This document shows positions 13,466 through 28,223 of a DNA stretch of 64,000 nt, in pieces; positions within the stretch are counted from its first letter, which is position 1; each line of letters starts with the position of its first letter. The notes under the pieces are model-generated. The model was not told where the DNA came from, searched no databases, and saw only the letters and a program-made list of their open reading frames with translations. The stretch lies in the NCBI RefSeq assembly GCF_964204865.1, contig NC_135253.1, positions 25,172,001 to 25,236,000 of the forward strand. The letters are read 5' to 3'. The DNA comes from Styela clava. Taxonomy: Eukaryota. Both the position numbers and the translations under genes were made by a program.

Positions 13466-16400
13466 TAACCGCTGGTTTCAGTTTGTTCAACTATTTTCCA
13501 CGATTCAGCAAAAAAGAATGTATGACATCATACTAGTCATCAAATTTTTCAGAGTTTTTTTTTGTTGTTTTGTCGGCCACGCCCGTTTGCAAAAGGAAGC
13601 GTGATACAGGCTTCGATATATTGTTCGACTATTTCAAAATTATTTATACCATGTTTTCACAACTTCAGTCCTAGCACGGTCCTGTACGATCATTCACGGC
13701 GCGGTAAAGAACAATTATAATGTATGAATTTTTACAAATAACATAATCTCTTTCCAATTAATAGCAAGTATATTTGTGAGAGAAGGAGGAGCAAGGAGAA
13801 TAGACTTGCAGTTTAGTGCTCAATACCCAAGTACACCCCATATGAATATTTATTCGAGGTTTTTCACTCTTATCAAAGCTGAATGCAAACTTCCACTGAT
13901 AGGTGAAGAGTCAATATTTTGGGAGTAGCTGAGTCTTTCTGGTTCGGCATTGTAGACCATTTCACGAAAGACGTGAGAAATTGGGCACGCAATGGCGGAA
14001 CGAACTTTCCAAGAACAGTAGATCTTCACTTGTCTATTGAATCTCTTATACCGAGTGCTATTTGGAGGGAAAGGCGCGGAAATCTTTTACCAAACCAAAC
14101 ATGCAATATTACCCTGTAAATGTGTGTCTAATTACCAATAAGAGACTTGTTCGGAGCGCATACCCTTATAAAGCCTTTTGATCCTCGTTCCAAGAAATAA
14201 TGAATGAAAGAACTGTTGCGGATAATAACCGTTGGTATTTCTAAGCATTGAAGCGGTTAACCAATCAACCAATCTCCTAATATGTAATTAAAAATAAATT
14301 AATTGCGACAGGCGTCGCGGCGTTCCACATCAGTCGGGAATCACGGTTCTAATTAGTGATCAGATTTGGGAATCGATTTCGTGGAATACTTGTGTGTATC
14401 CTAGGTTGAATGGATAAGCGTGCGTGATGCAATGGCCAAGCATTAGGCATTTTGAATTTTCAATGTCTTCAATGGTACGCACTTTAGCTAAGAATGCTCA
14501 CAAGATTGGCGGAGAAAGTTGCCCGAACAGATTAAAAATTTAATTTGGCTATGGCGTTTGTGACAGGCGTCGCTCTGCTCCTGCATCAGTCTTAATTCGC
14601 ATTTCTAATTAGTGATTAAATTAGGAATAGTTTTCGCGGGATATTCTGTGTATCGCAGGTTCAAGACTTAACTATGTGGTTATTCATTTGAAACCTATTA
14701 TGTTGGTGTTACGGTTTGTGAAATATATTTTACTGAAGCTGGCAAGGTTTGTGTAGCACTAAACGCGCATATAATTGGACATAGTCTAAGATGTGTAAAG
14801 TTGTTTTGGGTAAATACAAGCAATAAACTGTTGACTGAATCATATTACCATTATTTTATATTACAATATGTCCACTACATTAGACAAAAGCTCAGAAATT
14901 TGAGCAGGCTGTGCGGAGCAAGAAATACTCCAATATTCCTAATTCCAAATCTGTCCAACACTATATCAAAGTATTTGACAGTACAGAACATGCAAGATGT
15001 TCCAAGAACATCAAACTCTTTCAAGTCAACTACAAGCGAACTATTGTTTCCTCGCGCCACCACATCAATCAAAGATTCTGTAATTCCATTTCTTTATTAA
15101 TTGGAATCAGCAGCCTATGAGACAGTCAATGCTCCCCATTCACTGGAAACACAATTAAACATTTCATTTGCTTGGGCAAACCACGCACGACTGCACGCAC
15201 GCCACTTTGTTTTATGTGCCGTGAGGGTTTATTATCCGCCGTTACTCGTATCTTGCAAGACTGTCTTAGTCAAAGATTACTCTGTATAAATTCGTCATTA
15301 ATTGAAAACCACAGCGGTTAAGACGGTGAGTCAATGCTCTCCACTCATTTTACCACAATAAACGCCGCATTCAAACATTTTATTTGATCTCGTGCGGATG
15401 ATGAATTGTATTTATCTTCGTTGTTTGTCGATCATGATAACCGTGCATTCCCATTACTCGTCTCCTGCAACACTGAGCGCCGTCTTGCCATAACGTGAGA
15501 TCCGTCGCCTACACATGTGTGGTCAGGGGTCAGCCACTCAAATTAAGTCTTTTTCGCTAAATTAAAGGAAATGAGCTAAATGATATCTATTGGAGATTGG
15601 AATGCTACGGAAGACCTCACGCTGTAGTGTTGCACGAATCTACCGTCCATGATATAGATTTCTGCCAAGTTTTCCTCAAACCAAAGTCAGCGGGATTCCG
15701 ATATTTCTCTCGTGTAGATAAAATTATTCGCCGATAGAACAACCTGCTAATAGTGACAGAAGGGAATATTATTGGACGCTTATTTAGGCTGTTCGCTCCG
15801 AACTGGTCGCCACTGATATCTAACGGTATGTAAGAAACACCTATTTTTAGAGAACCTAAATCTATCACGGTATCATCATCCGAAATTTATCAAAACAGTT
15901 GTCATATGTCAAATATGTAGGAAGATATGGTTAAGATATCTAATTCCGTCTTGTAACGATTCGTTCTGCACATCTCGGGATATAAACAACAACAAACAAA
16001 AGGAAAGGCTTTTACTTTGAAACAGTGTTTGAAATGTATGGGTTCAAATGTACGGTCATCCAAACACACAGCTTCTCAGACTTTTCAATCTCTCGACGTG
16101 ATTACAGTTAAAGCTTAAACTGTATTGTTATCGTAGCGTAGACTGTATTGTGGCGTAGACAATAATTTTGAAAGGGGGGGGGGGGGGGGTTCTGAAATTT
16201 CTGACTGTCAAGTCAGACCGGAACAGCTAACGGGTCCAGCCGGAAGCCGAGTTAAAATTCTCTTCTTACATTTCCTATTTCCAACTCCCTGGATGCGCCC
16301 CGAGTAGGTTACACCTCCTCGATTCAACCGCATGCCTTCAATGAACCCAGGGTGCAATAAATTTAGTAGGCAATGCTGGAGAAGTAAAAACATCCAAAAT

Positions 16401-17224
16401 ATCAGTTCATTACATATCAGTGTCTGCTTTTACAGGCATTTTTCCAAGAAATGGCGTGAATAAGCGTCATAGAAGACAAATTACCTATAATTCTGTCTCG
16501 GAAGGATGTGAGTCATTCAATGTATTTATTGAAGATAAAAGTCGAATAAAGACAACTTAGTAGATCGGTAGGAAATCGTTAGAATCAGATCTTCACATGG
16601 TGATATCTCGGTTATCTGATTAGGTTTTGATAAGTTTGTTTATATTATCTATCATGTTTGATGTTATCCAGATGTTACCGATTCCACGAGCAAGTCCCGT
16701 GACTTCAAACGTTAGATTGTGTGTTTGATAATTACGGACGTTTTCGTTAGAAAATGCGTTGGTGACGAGTCATACCCTCCACAACTATTAGACCAAATTA
16801 TTCTAATATTTCATTACTTGAAGATGAGCTGATACTTTACCCTGGATCTTGCTATTTCCTTGAACATTTTGCTGATACGGATCCAGGAAGTAGGAATTAA
16901 ACAAAGAGAAAGTACTTACAGTTCAGTGCACTATGTCGCGGCACCCGCATATCTGAGAATTTAGCTTACACTTGTTCTGTGCAATAACAGCATCGTTGTG
17001 AGATGTGGTTATATATATAATGTCACAATCGCCCCTTGAATGGCTCCTACCAGTAAATGGCTATTGGGCTGTTTATAGAGAATAGGGGCGCATATATATG
17101 GCCTTAATCGTCATTTAAATTTTCTCCTCCATACAGGGTCATTGGAATAGGGAGTTATGTTTAGTCCCAATTGCAATTTGAACGGCATCCACTCTGCAGA
17201 GGGGCTATTGGTCTGCTATTTAGA

Positions 17225-17722
17225 TAGGCTTACCATACGTCCCGCTTTAGGCGGGACAGTCCCGCTTTTCAGCGTTTTGCCCCGCCGTCCCGATAAGTCA
17301 GCCAAAAGTTCCGCTTTTCCAGCATAATACACAAACATGTTCTCGTTACTGTTGTTTCTGTGTAGCGCAGCGCTAGTCTACTTACTGAAGGTGAAGGTGT
17401 TCGTTTCCCGCTGATTCCCATTGATGGCAGACGTATCGCATGTAAAACCAATACTAATTAGTCTAAATTCGAATTATTTGTACCGGTATCGTTAACGTCA
17501 ATTCCTTCCTACTTTTCGAACTGAACCCGATATTTGGACAGAGAATATGCGCATGAAATTTCGATAACAATATGGTCAATAAAGACAGCCGAGACAGCTT
17601 TAAATGTAGGAATGTAGGGCTATGTAGTAAAATCAGAAAATGTGAAGTTATAAAATCACAGCTAAGGGGTCGTTGTCTTTCGAGGCGTCCCGATTTGAAG
17701 TCACAAAAATATGGTAACCCTA
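17225..17722. mobile_element. hAT (Blackjack-like) MITE
   Basis: Termini TAGGCTTACCATA ... TATGGTAACCCTA, subterminal GTCCCG repeats, 8-bp flanks TATTTAGA/TATATAGA. Confidence 0.75.
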
Positions 17723-19169
17723 TATATAGACAATAAGCTAAGAATTGGGGTAGATAGATGACCCTAATTGTCATTTGAATGGTCTCTCTGTATACGGCTA
17801 TTTTACTAAAATTATAAAGCGACATCCAAAATTCAAATGGCGTCTTCCACAGAGGTGGCAGCTGCAATAAATCAATCGCTTATACAAACGTCGTTAGCGT
17901 CACGTTGTTTATCACTCTCGGTTATCAGTGAGAAAACAAACAAACGAATCCGAAACTCTGGAACCGGGGCCGACGGTCTCTGTTTATTATTTTAACAAAT
18001 GTAATTTATTTCCTGAAAGTTTAAGCGACTGGGCTATGACGTCATTGGGATGTTGTTATTTACTTTTACGTATGACGTAGCGAGTGACTGCTATCATGCT
18101 TATTTATAGTAAATGGATGATTGACTGTTAAGCAAACGATATAGTTCAGCCAATGTGGATGTCTATGCCTGAAATTTCTAATTGTCGAGTTAGGCCGTAT
18201 TTGAGGGTCTAAAAAGCGTTAATTAAAAGCTACGAAAAATTGCTATGTAAAATATATTCCGGGCGACCATTGAAATTCCATGAGCTGCTGAAAATTTATT
18301 ATACAGCGTAGCAATAAGCGACAGCAAGAGCTGATTGACGTGACATTTGAAAAACATTTTCGCATTTCATGTTGTAGCCTATGTTATTTTTACCTCAGCG
18401 TTCTTAATTTATAAGACAAGGAATTTCTATAAATTGCATTTATACCATTGAGTGTTTACTCGAATTTATCCGCGTGGAAACAAATTCTCATCCTTAAGTT
18501 GGAGGCATTATCTGCCGTACTATGAATTGCTGAAACCTCAAGTTTATACAAAACTAAATGCCAAACCCAGCATTACATTTCTGTGGTCGCTGCAACATCC
18601 GCATCAAAGTAATAGATGTGTGTAATGTATTGAATGCTGAACATGTATATATTGAGGTTACCGATGAAGTGCAGATTAGATGAGACAAGTGCCTGGCGGA
18701 AGCACACACTCAACTATATGTGCTCATAAGAAGCACTGTTATTGAGAATGTGAACATGTATAAATGCACACTCATGTATTCATTCATCGATATACACAGT
18801 TGTTGGTAACGTGCACATTTAACGTAACGTTCACACATATACACAGATTAAGAAACGCACTTTTTGACGTAGTTATAAACATATTTAAGTACACTAATCT
18901 CGAATGCACACACAAAACGCACTGTTGTTGAAATCACTTACACAGTACTTACTTTGATGTTTTGAAAGTTATGTATTAGATTTATGTAAAGCGTGTTACC
19001 TTATAGTGGCATAACATACACATTTTCTGAAACCTGGAAACCTGGTAGGAAACAGACGCAAGAGTATATAATAAATTACTTTTTCCAATATTTCGCAAGA
19101 AACCAAAAGTATATGTACCGGTTGTGACGTTCAAGTCGATATTTACTGCTATTTGACAAGGCATAAAAA

Positions 19170-19480
19170 TGGGCAAATAGTTGTTGTTCTACTATTAAAT
19201 TCCCGCACTGTTTGCCACGAAAAATGCAGTTACGCATTTCTCACCAAAACGACACCTAGTGGCAAGATAGGGTTTTACATGGCTATCAGACCATGTCGGA
19301 TATGGGATCAGTTGGCCAGTTATTGATGCATAGACTTGATGGTGGCGGAAGCCGTTACCAACCACGGTTACGTTAACAACCCTACGTAGGCGAGTATTCA
19401 AGCAATCCTCTGGCACATAATGATCTCTCCAAGGGATTCAAACCTGCGAAGAGCCGTAAGGTAATCATATATCACATTAG
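19170..19480 (-). mobile_element. Degenerate tRNA-derived SINE copy
   Basis: Homologous to 55165-55481 (GCATAGACTTGATGGTGGCGGAAGCC..., GCAATCCTCTGGCACATAAT, GGATTCAAACCTGCGAA). Confidence 0.65.
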
Positions 19481-21373
19481 TTTTCATTCTGGGAACGTTC
19501 AGATGAGATCATTCACGTTGATCTGGACGCGAATCATTCAAGACAATGCAGTTTGAGTTTACTAAACAAACAATTATGAATGGAATCCAAATTTTAATCA
19601 CATTTAAGATTTTTCAGCGTCATCAAATTCTATTGTTTTATGGTTGAGTTGATAAACAGATTATGATCAGGTCAAATATATTAAATATTTGGCGAATCTC
19701 TTCTCCCTCCTTCGTTTAGTAGTAACGTCGCAAAAAGATTGAAATTCTCAATCTCTTACGGGCGGAAGGAATGTCGATAATATGGCTTTATCATGAGGCA
19801 AACTCTCGTGCCATCACCAATCTATGTCGAATTTGGGATTCCACCCTATATATTGACTCCATTTCGCCACCTAGTGGCGCTCTATAAGACATTGGTGTAT
19901 CATGATGTCGATATTTTATATAATAGTAAAAGCCGGGTTAAGTTTGTTTGTTTTTTATTTTGTTTTCTAGTATGACTTCGTTTGCATACATGACTAAATA
20001 TTTTTTTCCGTTTTCGAGACTTTGTTACAAATTCCACAAATCTACTCTCACTACTACCCCGCAGCTTTTTCACAAGAGACACTTACTTTCGATGAGGGGA
20101 GTATTTTGTTCGAATCTTCTGTCAATAAGCAGTTTTGTCATTGTTGCGCTTCACGGGGTTAAAATGAATATTCAGAGCTGGTTTTAGGAAGACCGATATT
20201 TTTCTGATTCGGTAAATCGTACAGACTGCAACGCGTATATTTTTAAACATCATCTGTCTCTTAGGAATCAGTGGCTACTTGCTCGAAGCCTTGTTTAAAT
20301 TGAGAGCGTAGGAAAACCCTATACGAAACACCGAATACAGGAATTTATTTATCATTTCACACAATTCCATCTGAGGTTCCCGGGGCTTAGTAGCATGTTG
20401 CAAACTCAATCTTTATCACAGACACTCACTGGTGAACTAATCCTACCCACCCTGCCTCATGAACCCACCAACACGTGGCATTTAAAAAGGGATTAAAATA
20501 GGTTCAATTAATTCACTCAGCCCATTACGCAGCTCTATCTGGGATGCTTGGAGATGTGATAACGCGGTACAATAACAATCTATATCAATACCAATGATAT
20601 GCTTTCTAGTTTTCATTCCTGCAGTCATACCCAATCAATCTCATAACTATATCCACGCAAAGTTTTAAAAAACAATATTTTATTTTACATTTAAAAATAA
20701 CTCCAGCAATAACGCCTTAAAGCAAACATGGAACAGTCTCGCAGATTTATATTTTTTACAAGTAGATAGGTTTCAATGCCATGGTGTTACATTTCTGCAC
20801 GAATAAGAAGGATTTAGATTTAGAATGAGAGAGGGGGTGTTGAAATATGAAGCAATAAAGCAATGTCCGAATATGTGAACACGAATTTCATATTAAAATG
20901 TTTTCTCGTATTGTCATATAAAAGTGTTACCGCAAATTCAAATGGCGAATCAAAGTTTTGATGGAAATATGGAGTCCCTAACAATGCGGGGAAAATTAAA
21001 CGTAAACTATCAGATGCACACACAACATTATTCTAAATATTCAGAACTAAAAGTAAACTATACTCTATTTTTATGATTACGCGTTCGCATACCATTCTTT
21101 TGAACCTTTGAATACAGTATAGTTTTTTAATACTGCTAAATTAAAGTAGGACTTAGACCAAGGGTTGGCAACTTCTGGGCCGAATGTGGGAAAATCAAGT
21201 CCTCGGTGGGCCGGATTATATCATGAATAGTATTCAATATCTTAATCACATATATATTCGCTAATGCATGAAAGAAAGTTATAATTCGCGTTTAGAGTAA
21301 AGTTTGAACTTTACAAAAAATAGAGACCAAAAAACACATAATGAATTTATCATAATGTACACAGTTTTACCAA

Positions 21374-23934
21374 TCACATTTTTGTTTCAAAGACGCAACG
21401 CCCTCCAACGATTATCCAATCCGAGCATTTCTTTAGCGATGAAACTCCCGGAATATCGAGACAGTTTTCAAAATCTTTTGCGTTCTCTTCGGGGACGAGT
21501 ATCCATGCTATATGGGCCTGTGCTGCGAGAACGCACCTCCCTTCCAAAGACCCGGACCCGTTCGGGGGATTCTTGAACCTACAACTTCCAATTGTGGCGG
21601 GCTGGAAAGAAAGGAATAAATTAGGTTCGAATAAGAATGATTTACAGTTGTCAGACGTAATATTCTGATGAAATGCTGTTCACTTACAGTCCGGGTTGCG
21701 CGATTCAAACTACTTTTTTTCCACTGTCCTATTTTAGCAGTTATTGTGGTCATTGTTTTGAATAATAGCGCCACCTCGTGACGAAAAAGTTCTGTGTGTA
21801 TCATCACTAGACGGCGTTGGAACATGTGACATATTTACAGAAATAAACCCGGAGTTAGCAGGAAGCCGGTTACAAACGTAGGGATTATACATATCAACAT
21901 CACAAAAAATATGCCGGGATTAAAGTTTAAATGTAATGTTGTTTCAGACATAGAAGACAACTGTTGGGCTTTATATCCCAACGGTATTGAAAATACTTCT
22001 TTATTTACGATACAGCAGGTATTCCATACTGTTCTATACGAGGTCTAAAATTGAGATAAATCACCCTTATAGCAGGAAACACGCACAAAATAAAAAAATA
22101 AACATAATGCCGTTTGAGACATAAAATATGAATTCCCAGCAGACCGGGGTCAGAAACTATTTGAAAAGAGGCCCGCTTGTACAAAATATGACTCATCATA
22201 TTCTAAAAGAATGCTTTTTAGTGCAATAAAGTCATTTAACTGTTCACTTTCAACTTACAATCGGATGAGCCAATGTTGCCTTCGGTGCTTCGGGTGTTCG
22301 CATCAGTAGGGCTGAGTGAACTTGTTCGACCTGCGAAGTAAGAGTTGGATTATAAAAATTAGTTGTTTATCTGTGTGTCTACTTTATGGAAGGGTAGCTG
22401 GATTTTATCAAGTTAACTCTAGTAATGCTAAATTTTGTGTGAAGGGCGTCGCACCGATAGCACTTTGATTCATTGTTTAACACTGGTTGGCCATTACACA
22501 GAAATTGCGATGTTTGGCGAAATTCGAATCAATGGCGAGTGCCGTGACTTTGTTGTTACAGCGTAGGACTCATCTATGTTGGCTTAGCATGCTAGAGCTG
22601 GGTGTCCTTCGTCCACCAACCCGGGACAAAAAATTTCTCTCTAAGCGTATGAACATAAATCTGTACCGGTATTGCTTATGATTAAATTCACTACACTATA
22701 TAAAATATCCTTACCGTATATTGTGTTTTGCACATCCCAACATCCCCAACAACAATCTCAGAAGCCTTCACTGATCGAGGTCCGTTCACAAATATCGGTA
22801 GAATAGTTCTCTGTTTTGACATTCCGCCGATGATTCGCTGCTGCGACCCGGACCTCACTAGATTTGTAATACCAATTCATATTTATGTTAGTATCTTGAC
22901 TGAGCAGATGATTCAATATTTAGAATCGATAAAAATTAAAGGGAGGGGGTGGTGGTTGGGGGGTAATTTCCGAATAACCAGACTGGTATTATAATAAAAC
23001 GCACAGGAGTTTTTATTGGTCTTAGCGCATTATGGTATGAATATTCGGATTCTAGGAAGGAAAGTGTCTTATAAGGCAAACGATGTTTGAGGATAAAAAA
23101 GATTTAGAGTCCACCTATGGTCCGTAAAATAGGGCAAGCCTTTATACAAGTGGAAAACACGCGCTCCCCACCGACGCATGATTATCTGCATTCTTTTTTT
23201 ACGGTTCTGGGTCCGTCCAGTTTATCGAATCAATTCGATTCTGGTTTGCGTTCGATTTAATATTCCTGAACTCAGAGGTGAATAAAATAGTAAATTTTTG
23301 GCTTATTTTAAGATTCTGGACTTGCGTTCTATTTGATTTGATATTTCTAAGTCAATAGTGGATAAGAATAGTAAATTCATTGGCTTATTTTTTGACTGAA
23401 CCAATCCATAGGATCATCACCCACCTTTGTCAGGCTGCACAGCCATGGGCATCACGTCCTCGATCATTGTCAGAGTCATTCCTTTCTTATTGTCGCCATC
23501 CCAGTTCTCTGTCTCCTCTGGTGGCGTGTCTCCGTATTCCACGACTCGTCTTGTTTCAATCTTGAATCTTAAAATATAGATATAATGTATTAACCGGGTA
23601 GAAGTCCATAAAGTCAGTAGGTGGGATGTCCTGGCTGGTAAAGCGTTAGTCTTAGCGGTTATGACATTGTAGGTTACACATCAGGGCGTCATGGTATGAT
23701 ACATTTTATAGGCAATGCCTTGTAGATTGCTCCAAAAACAGTAATTCTTACATATCGTTAAATATCAGTAGAAGTTCTTGTACAGGGCTTAGTTGGACAA
23801 GCGTTTTTCGGAGATGACGTAGTCGGAATATTCGTGGTGTGAGGTCCCGCAGGAAATTTATAAACTGAGACGGGCGTTGCTACAGTTACAGTGACGTAGG
23901 CAGTGACGAAAACGAGAAATTTTATTCCTTCCAT
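21374..23934 (-). CDS. Paralog 2 of the secreted six-Cys protein; exons 23934-~23752 (in-frame TAA at 23760-23758), ~23567-23425, 22857-22715, 22330-22259, 21601-21374; 5' junction unresolved, possible nonsense allele, pseudogene or assembly indel
   Basis: Signal peptide MEGIKFLVFVTAYVTVTVA; FKIETRRVVEYGDTPP aligns with paralog 1 VKIRNVISIKFDDTPP. C-terminus GDVGMCKTQYT-VEQVHSALLMRTPEAPKATLAHPI-PATIGSCRFKNPPNGSGSLEGRCVLAAQAHIAWILVPEENAKDFENCLDIPGVSSLKKCSDWIIVGGRCVFETKM*. All six Cys and the last two intron positions and phases match paralog 1. Confidence 0.78.
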
Positions 23935-26900
23935 TGTTGTAGGTTTGATCTTCGTGAAATATAGTAAATAATTTGTATTTTACGATTCTGAAGCTGAAAT
24001 ATATTATATATTATGTTAGTCGATAGGCGAATATTTCAAGAGTTTTGCTACACACTGACACAAATGTATTTCCGTAACATTTTTATGTCCTCTACTGTTG
24101 GGGGAAGTTCCTGCGTCCTCTTACAATTCTACATACCAACTGACTAGTTATTCCCTTTCAATGCGTCCTATTCAATGCAGATTCGTATGCTCATAATGCA
24201 AGGATGCTGTAGCAAGATTAAAGATAACTATCCCAAGCGATCCATCTATCTTGCTGCGCATTAAAACAAATCTATTTCTGTAACGTTTCGTCTGGCCAAT
24301 GTCAGACTTCTCCAGACAAGCATACCTGTCTACTGTAAACTGTTTCCCTGAGAAAGTCTGTCTTCGTTCAGACGAAAAGTTACAGAAATACATTTGTATT
24401 ATACGCAAAGCTGTAAAATCTGTCTGAGGCATCAAAACTTTCGTTTGGCACTAATGATAATTTATCTCTGATTTGCCAATAACAAGGAAGTCGATGCACG
24501 TTTAGCTTCACGAATCGATACTGAGATAATACTTGTCTGCAAAATACGAATAATTAGTTACAATAAAATATTTAATTAAAATTTCTTCAGCTAATTAAGA
24601 ATGTTTTGCACAAAACCTTGTTACATATGAGCCACAAGGTGACACGACGGCGCCGAACAATTTCCCAAATTGCACTTTTCTGGTGAATTACATGAATTAC
24701 AAGTAATATTATGTTGAACATGCCTTAATTGCCATCTATTTCGTGGCTTATGGTTTATAATACTCTGTAATGCGACACCAACTTCAAAGACGGCGATCAT
24801 TTTCATAATTCACTGAGCTATTATGGTTATGAATGCGCATTTTGTCACAATCAATTTTTTATTATATGTTTTCCATACTTGTTTAATTCATATCGCATTT
24901 ATAAGCCTTCCACTCTGAGCAAGGCATTGTATAAGCAACATTTGTTTGTTAACAGCTACTATATCTTGAAAATATAGATGTCTTTTGGGTTCGGCATCAC
25001 CAACCCAATTTATTTCACCCTTGGTGAGGTGATGGGTATGGTGTTCGCCTGCAATGCAAACAGTTGCATACAACGCGAAACAACTAAGCCATGCATAAGA
25101 GAAAGGAGCATTGATTGAGACTGTGCGGCCACTACGTTTTACCTGTCATGCGCGCGTGTTTTGTTGGTGCTAGATATATGTCGATATAAAATCTAATCAT
25201 AGAAACCTGGCAAATAAATCCTGTTGAATTTCTGTTGTTTTAATTTGGTGTTAACTGGAAGAGTCATAGCGAATATAACAATAGACGAAAGCTAGCCCAT
25301 ATAAAATTAGAGCGAGTTTCCTTTAATTTTTATTACTTTCTTTAAGATTTCATTAATATTAAACCAATCATGACTATTTATACATTCCAGTATTTTTTGG
25401 CTATTAGGCTAACAATACAAATTCGAATCTGAATCAATATCTTGTCACCTTATCACCGACAGTCACTAAGGTCTGTATCACGGCGAGAATACGGCAATGT
25501 GACTTATATTCACACATTTATACCTTCCAGCTATTCTTGAGAAATTAAAAATTCCCGAGTCCTTAAGTGACATCTGACTGTTGTTTATAGAGCAACACCT
25601 CAAAATTCAGAGCCAAATTTAGTTTTCCACTAATACTAAACGCTTTTTCAATAATTCGTGTTTTGCTCTTGAGATTCCACTCGAACTACTTGACTTTATT
25701 GAGAAAATTACCATTAAAGTCTATTTATTTCAGAGAACGTCAAAAACTGAAATTTATTTTAAAAAGTTATCATCGTATACTTCAAATTTTCGTAAGTTGT
25801 AATGCACTGCAATAATTCAATAGTTCCCATTTTTGAAATCCGTTTTTGATCAAATAAATGAAAAGCAGAAAACAGTTGCCGTTAAGTGAAAGATATAGAT
25901 GACTGGTCCAAAAATAGGTTCACGTGTTGTTCTCTGCATATCAGTAGGTGCTGGTCTGGGTCTTTGTACTAAGCGAATATGGGGAAAGGCTTGTAAAAAG
26001 GCATGGCAACCGCTTGGCAGAGAAAGAGTACCAACATAGCGTTGAAATGCCGACGTTCAGAGCGTATACATGAATGCAAACCGCATTTAGCTGTTCGCTC
26101 GGAATTGCAAGCGTGCTGATTTTTATTAAGCCTGAACACTGAGTTCGACGCGAAAATCCAAATTTCGTATCGACTTGAAAATCAAATTTGAAGTTCGACT
26201 CAAACTTAGGGTCCTGAGAGCAAACTTGTTCATGAAAGACCTGGAATCTTAGCAGTAATTCCACAAATTAAATTCGGAATTCGGCTTCAACGCATAAATT
26301 GGTCCGAAACGAAACGCTCGTTATTTGAAGACCTCAGTCTGAAGTTGAAAGATCAATTAAAAGCGAATATTTCAGATGCTTGATCAGAACCAAAACAAAA
26401 TTTCCGTGCAATTCTATACTCAACGAGAAGTTGACACTCTTACTTTTTATTATCCGTCCCTTCTCATCTACCTTGTCTTAGCTTTGAATCTCTGACAACG
26501 ACACAGACACACCAATGTGGCTTTTATATCCATATCTGCTCGTCAGATTTTTTCGCCAAAATACGTCGACCTGTCATTCACATTCATCAAATATTTCGCC
26601 CGCAGCGATATTTTCTGTCGTCTGTTTATGTGTAACATGCTTCTGAAATAATGTGTGACGACACAAACCTATTTTCTGAATTTAACTGTTACCTCTTATT
26701 TTATAATTATGACACAACAAAATAAAATCATTATCTTTACAAAATTTGATTGTTTAATTGCGTCATTCATAAAAAAACTAATTAATTTAAATCAATTGTC
26801 AATTAAACTAAACATTGAAATAGACAATTCACGCACTTTGTAGCGTTGGATGACGTCATAGAGTACACCAATATTAATTACGCTAATAAATTATTATGCT

Positions 26901-28223
26901 TGGTATTCGTGACAATGCAAAACTAGTCATGCATATCAAATCACGTGATTTATGATGCATCCATATTTGATTGGTGCAACAACAGGATATCCGGCTTTCA
27001 CTTCTCGCTAATGCAAAGGTTGGCCAATACTCTCTACATTAGCAAATAGCAGATATCCATAGAAATACCCGCTTTCTTTTCTTGCTAAATTTTTCCATGT
27101 TTTTTTTTTCAAGGAGCATTCCCTTTGTGAAACTTATTGTATTTGTAAGAAACATAAAATGCAAATGTCGCATTGATTAGTTGCCCTTATATTAAAAAAG
27201 GCTCATACTTTGATTTTGTCTTGTTTCAATCCCTAGTACTTCTTAGCACCTACCTTATAAAAGCAATTATTACTAATTAATAACGTCATAATTTTGTCTT
27301 TCTCTAAATTTCGGTTCACCAAAGAATATTCGCTTGCCAACCTCGCTAGCTTTCTCCAATATTTTCAATAAAATTCGTTTCGTAAAATTTTGTTCAGAGC
27401 CAGTGTTTGTGTTTAAATACTATTGTCAGATGATAGATTGTCGTTCTTTCTTGTTCTTTCTCAAAATTTGATCGGGTAGACGATATTGTACTGAAAATTA
27501 CTACACCAGATACGATACCAGTGGCTTCAGTGCCTTGTTCGGAACAAAAGTCATTAAATGCGCCGTATAAAAAACGAAGTTAGTAATCCTAGCACAGTGG
27601 TCGTTCTTCTAATTCACTCATGTATTTTCACATTGCTTTTTTTGTCTTCCCCCATAACTTGCTATTTTCCCCTTTAAATGGTGTCTCTGGAATTACGAAA
27701 TTATAACTTCAATTCTCCTTAGTTATTTCCAGAGACATTACCTAATTTCTGATCTCATTGTTTGTTTGTTTTACTATATTTAGTCTCTACTTTAAGAGAA
27801 AATCAAGTGTTTTGTTTATAAAATCCCCCGATTTAGGTAATATCCATAATTATAAACCTATATTAATCAAGTTTCATAGTTTCCACATGACCATTTCTTC
27901 GTTAATAGCCGGACCTTGTGACTTGACAATTCTTTGGATCAACGTAGGAAGTCCCCTATAGCTTTGCGCAATAAATGAGCCTGATATAAAATTTATTCAT
28001 GTAGGCTGAATGGCCCAGTTGTCAAAGTTTTGGACTTGGACCATCGCGGGGGCAGGTTAAATATACCCGCCACTCCATAGTGTAATAAATTCGGTGGCAT
28101 TCCGCTCCTTGGGGGCAAAGTAGTAGCTTTCTTCATACATATCAGTGTCCGTCCAGTACGGAATGGAGGAATAAAAACCTCATATTAAAGAATTATTCCA
28201 AATCGACTTTTTGGCGTCTAGAT

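Noticed and set aside
16174-16189. Poly-G run
   Set aside because: Simple homopolymer with no supporting context.
28005-28080. + strand LNGPVVKVLDLDHRGG after an AG, vaguely like otoferlin INGPVDVDRG
   Set aside because: It hits a stop after PATP, lacks the conserved IRPVL..YR.E end, and its phase does not fit the next exon.
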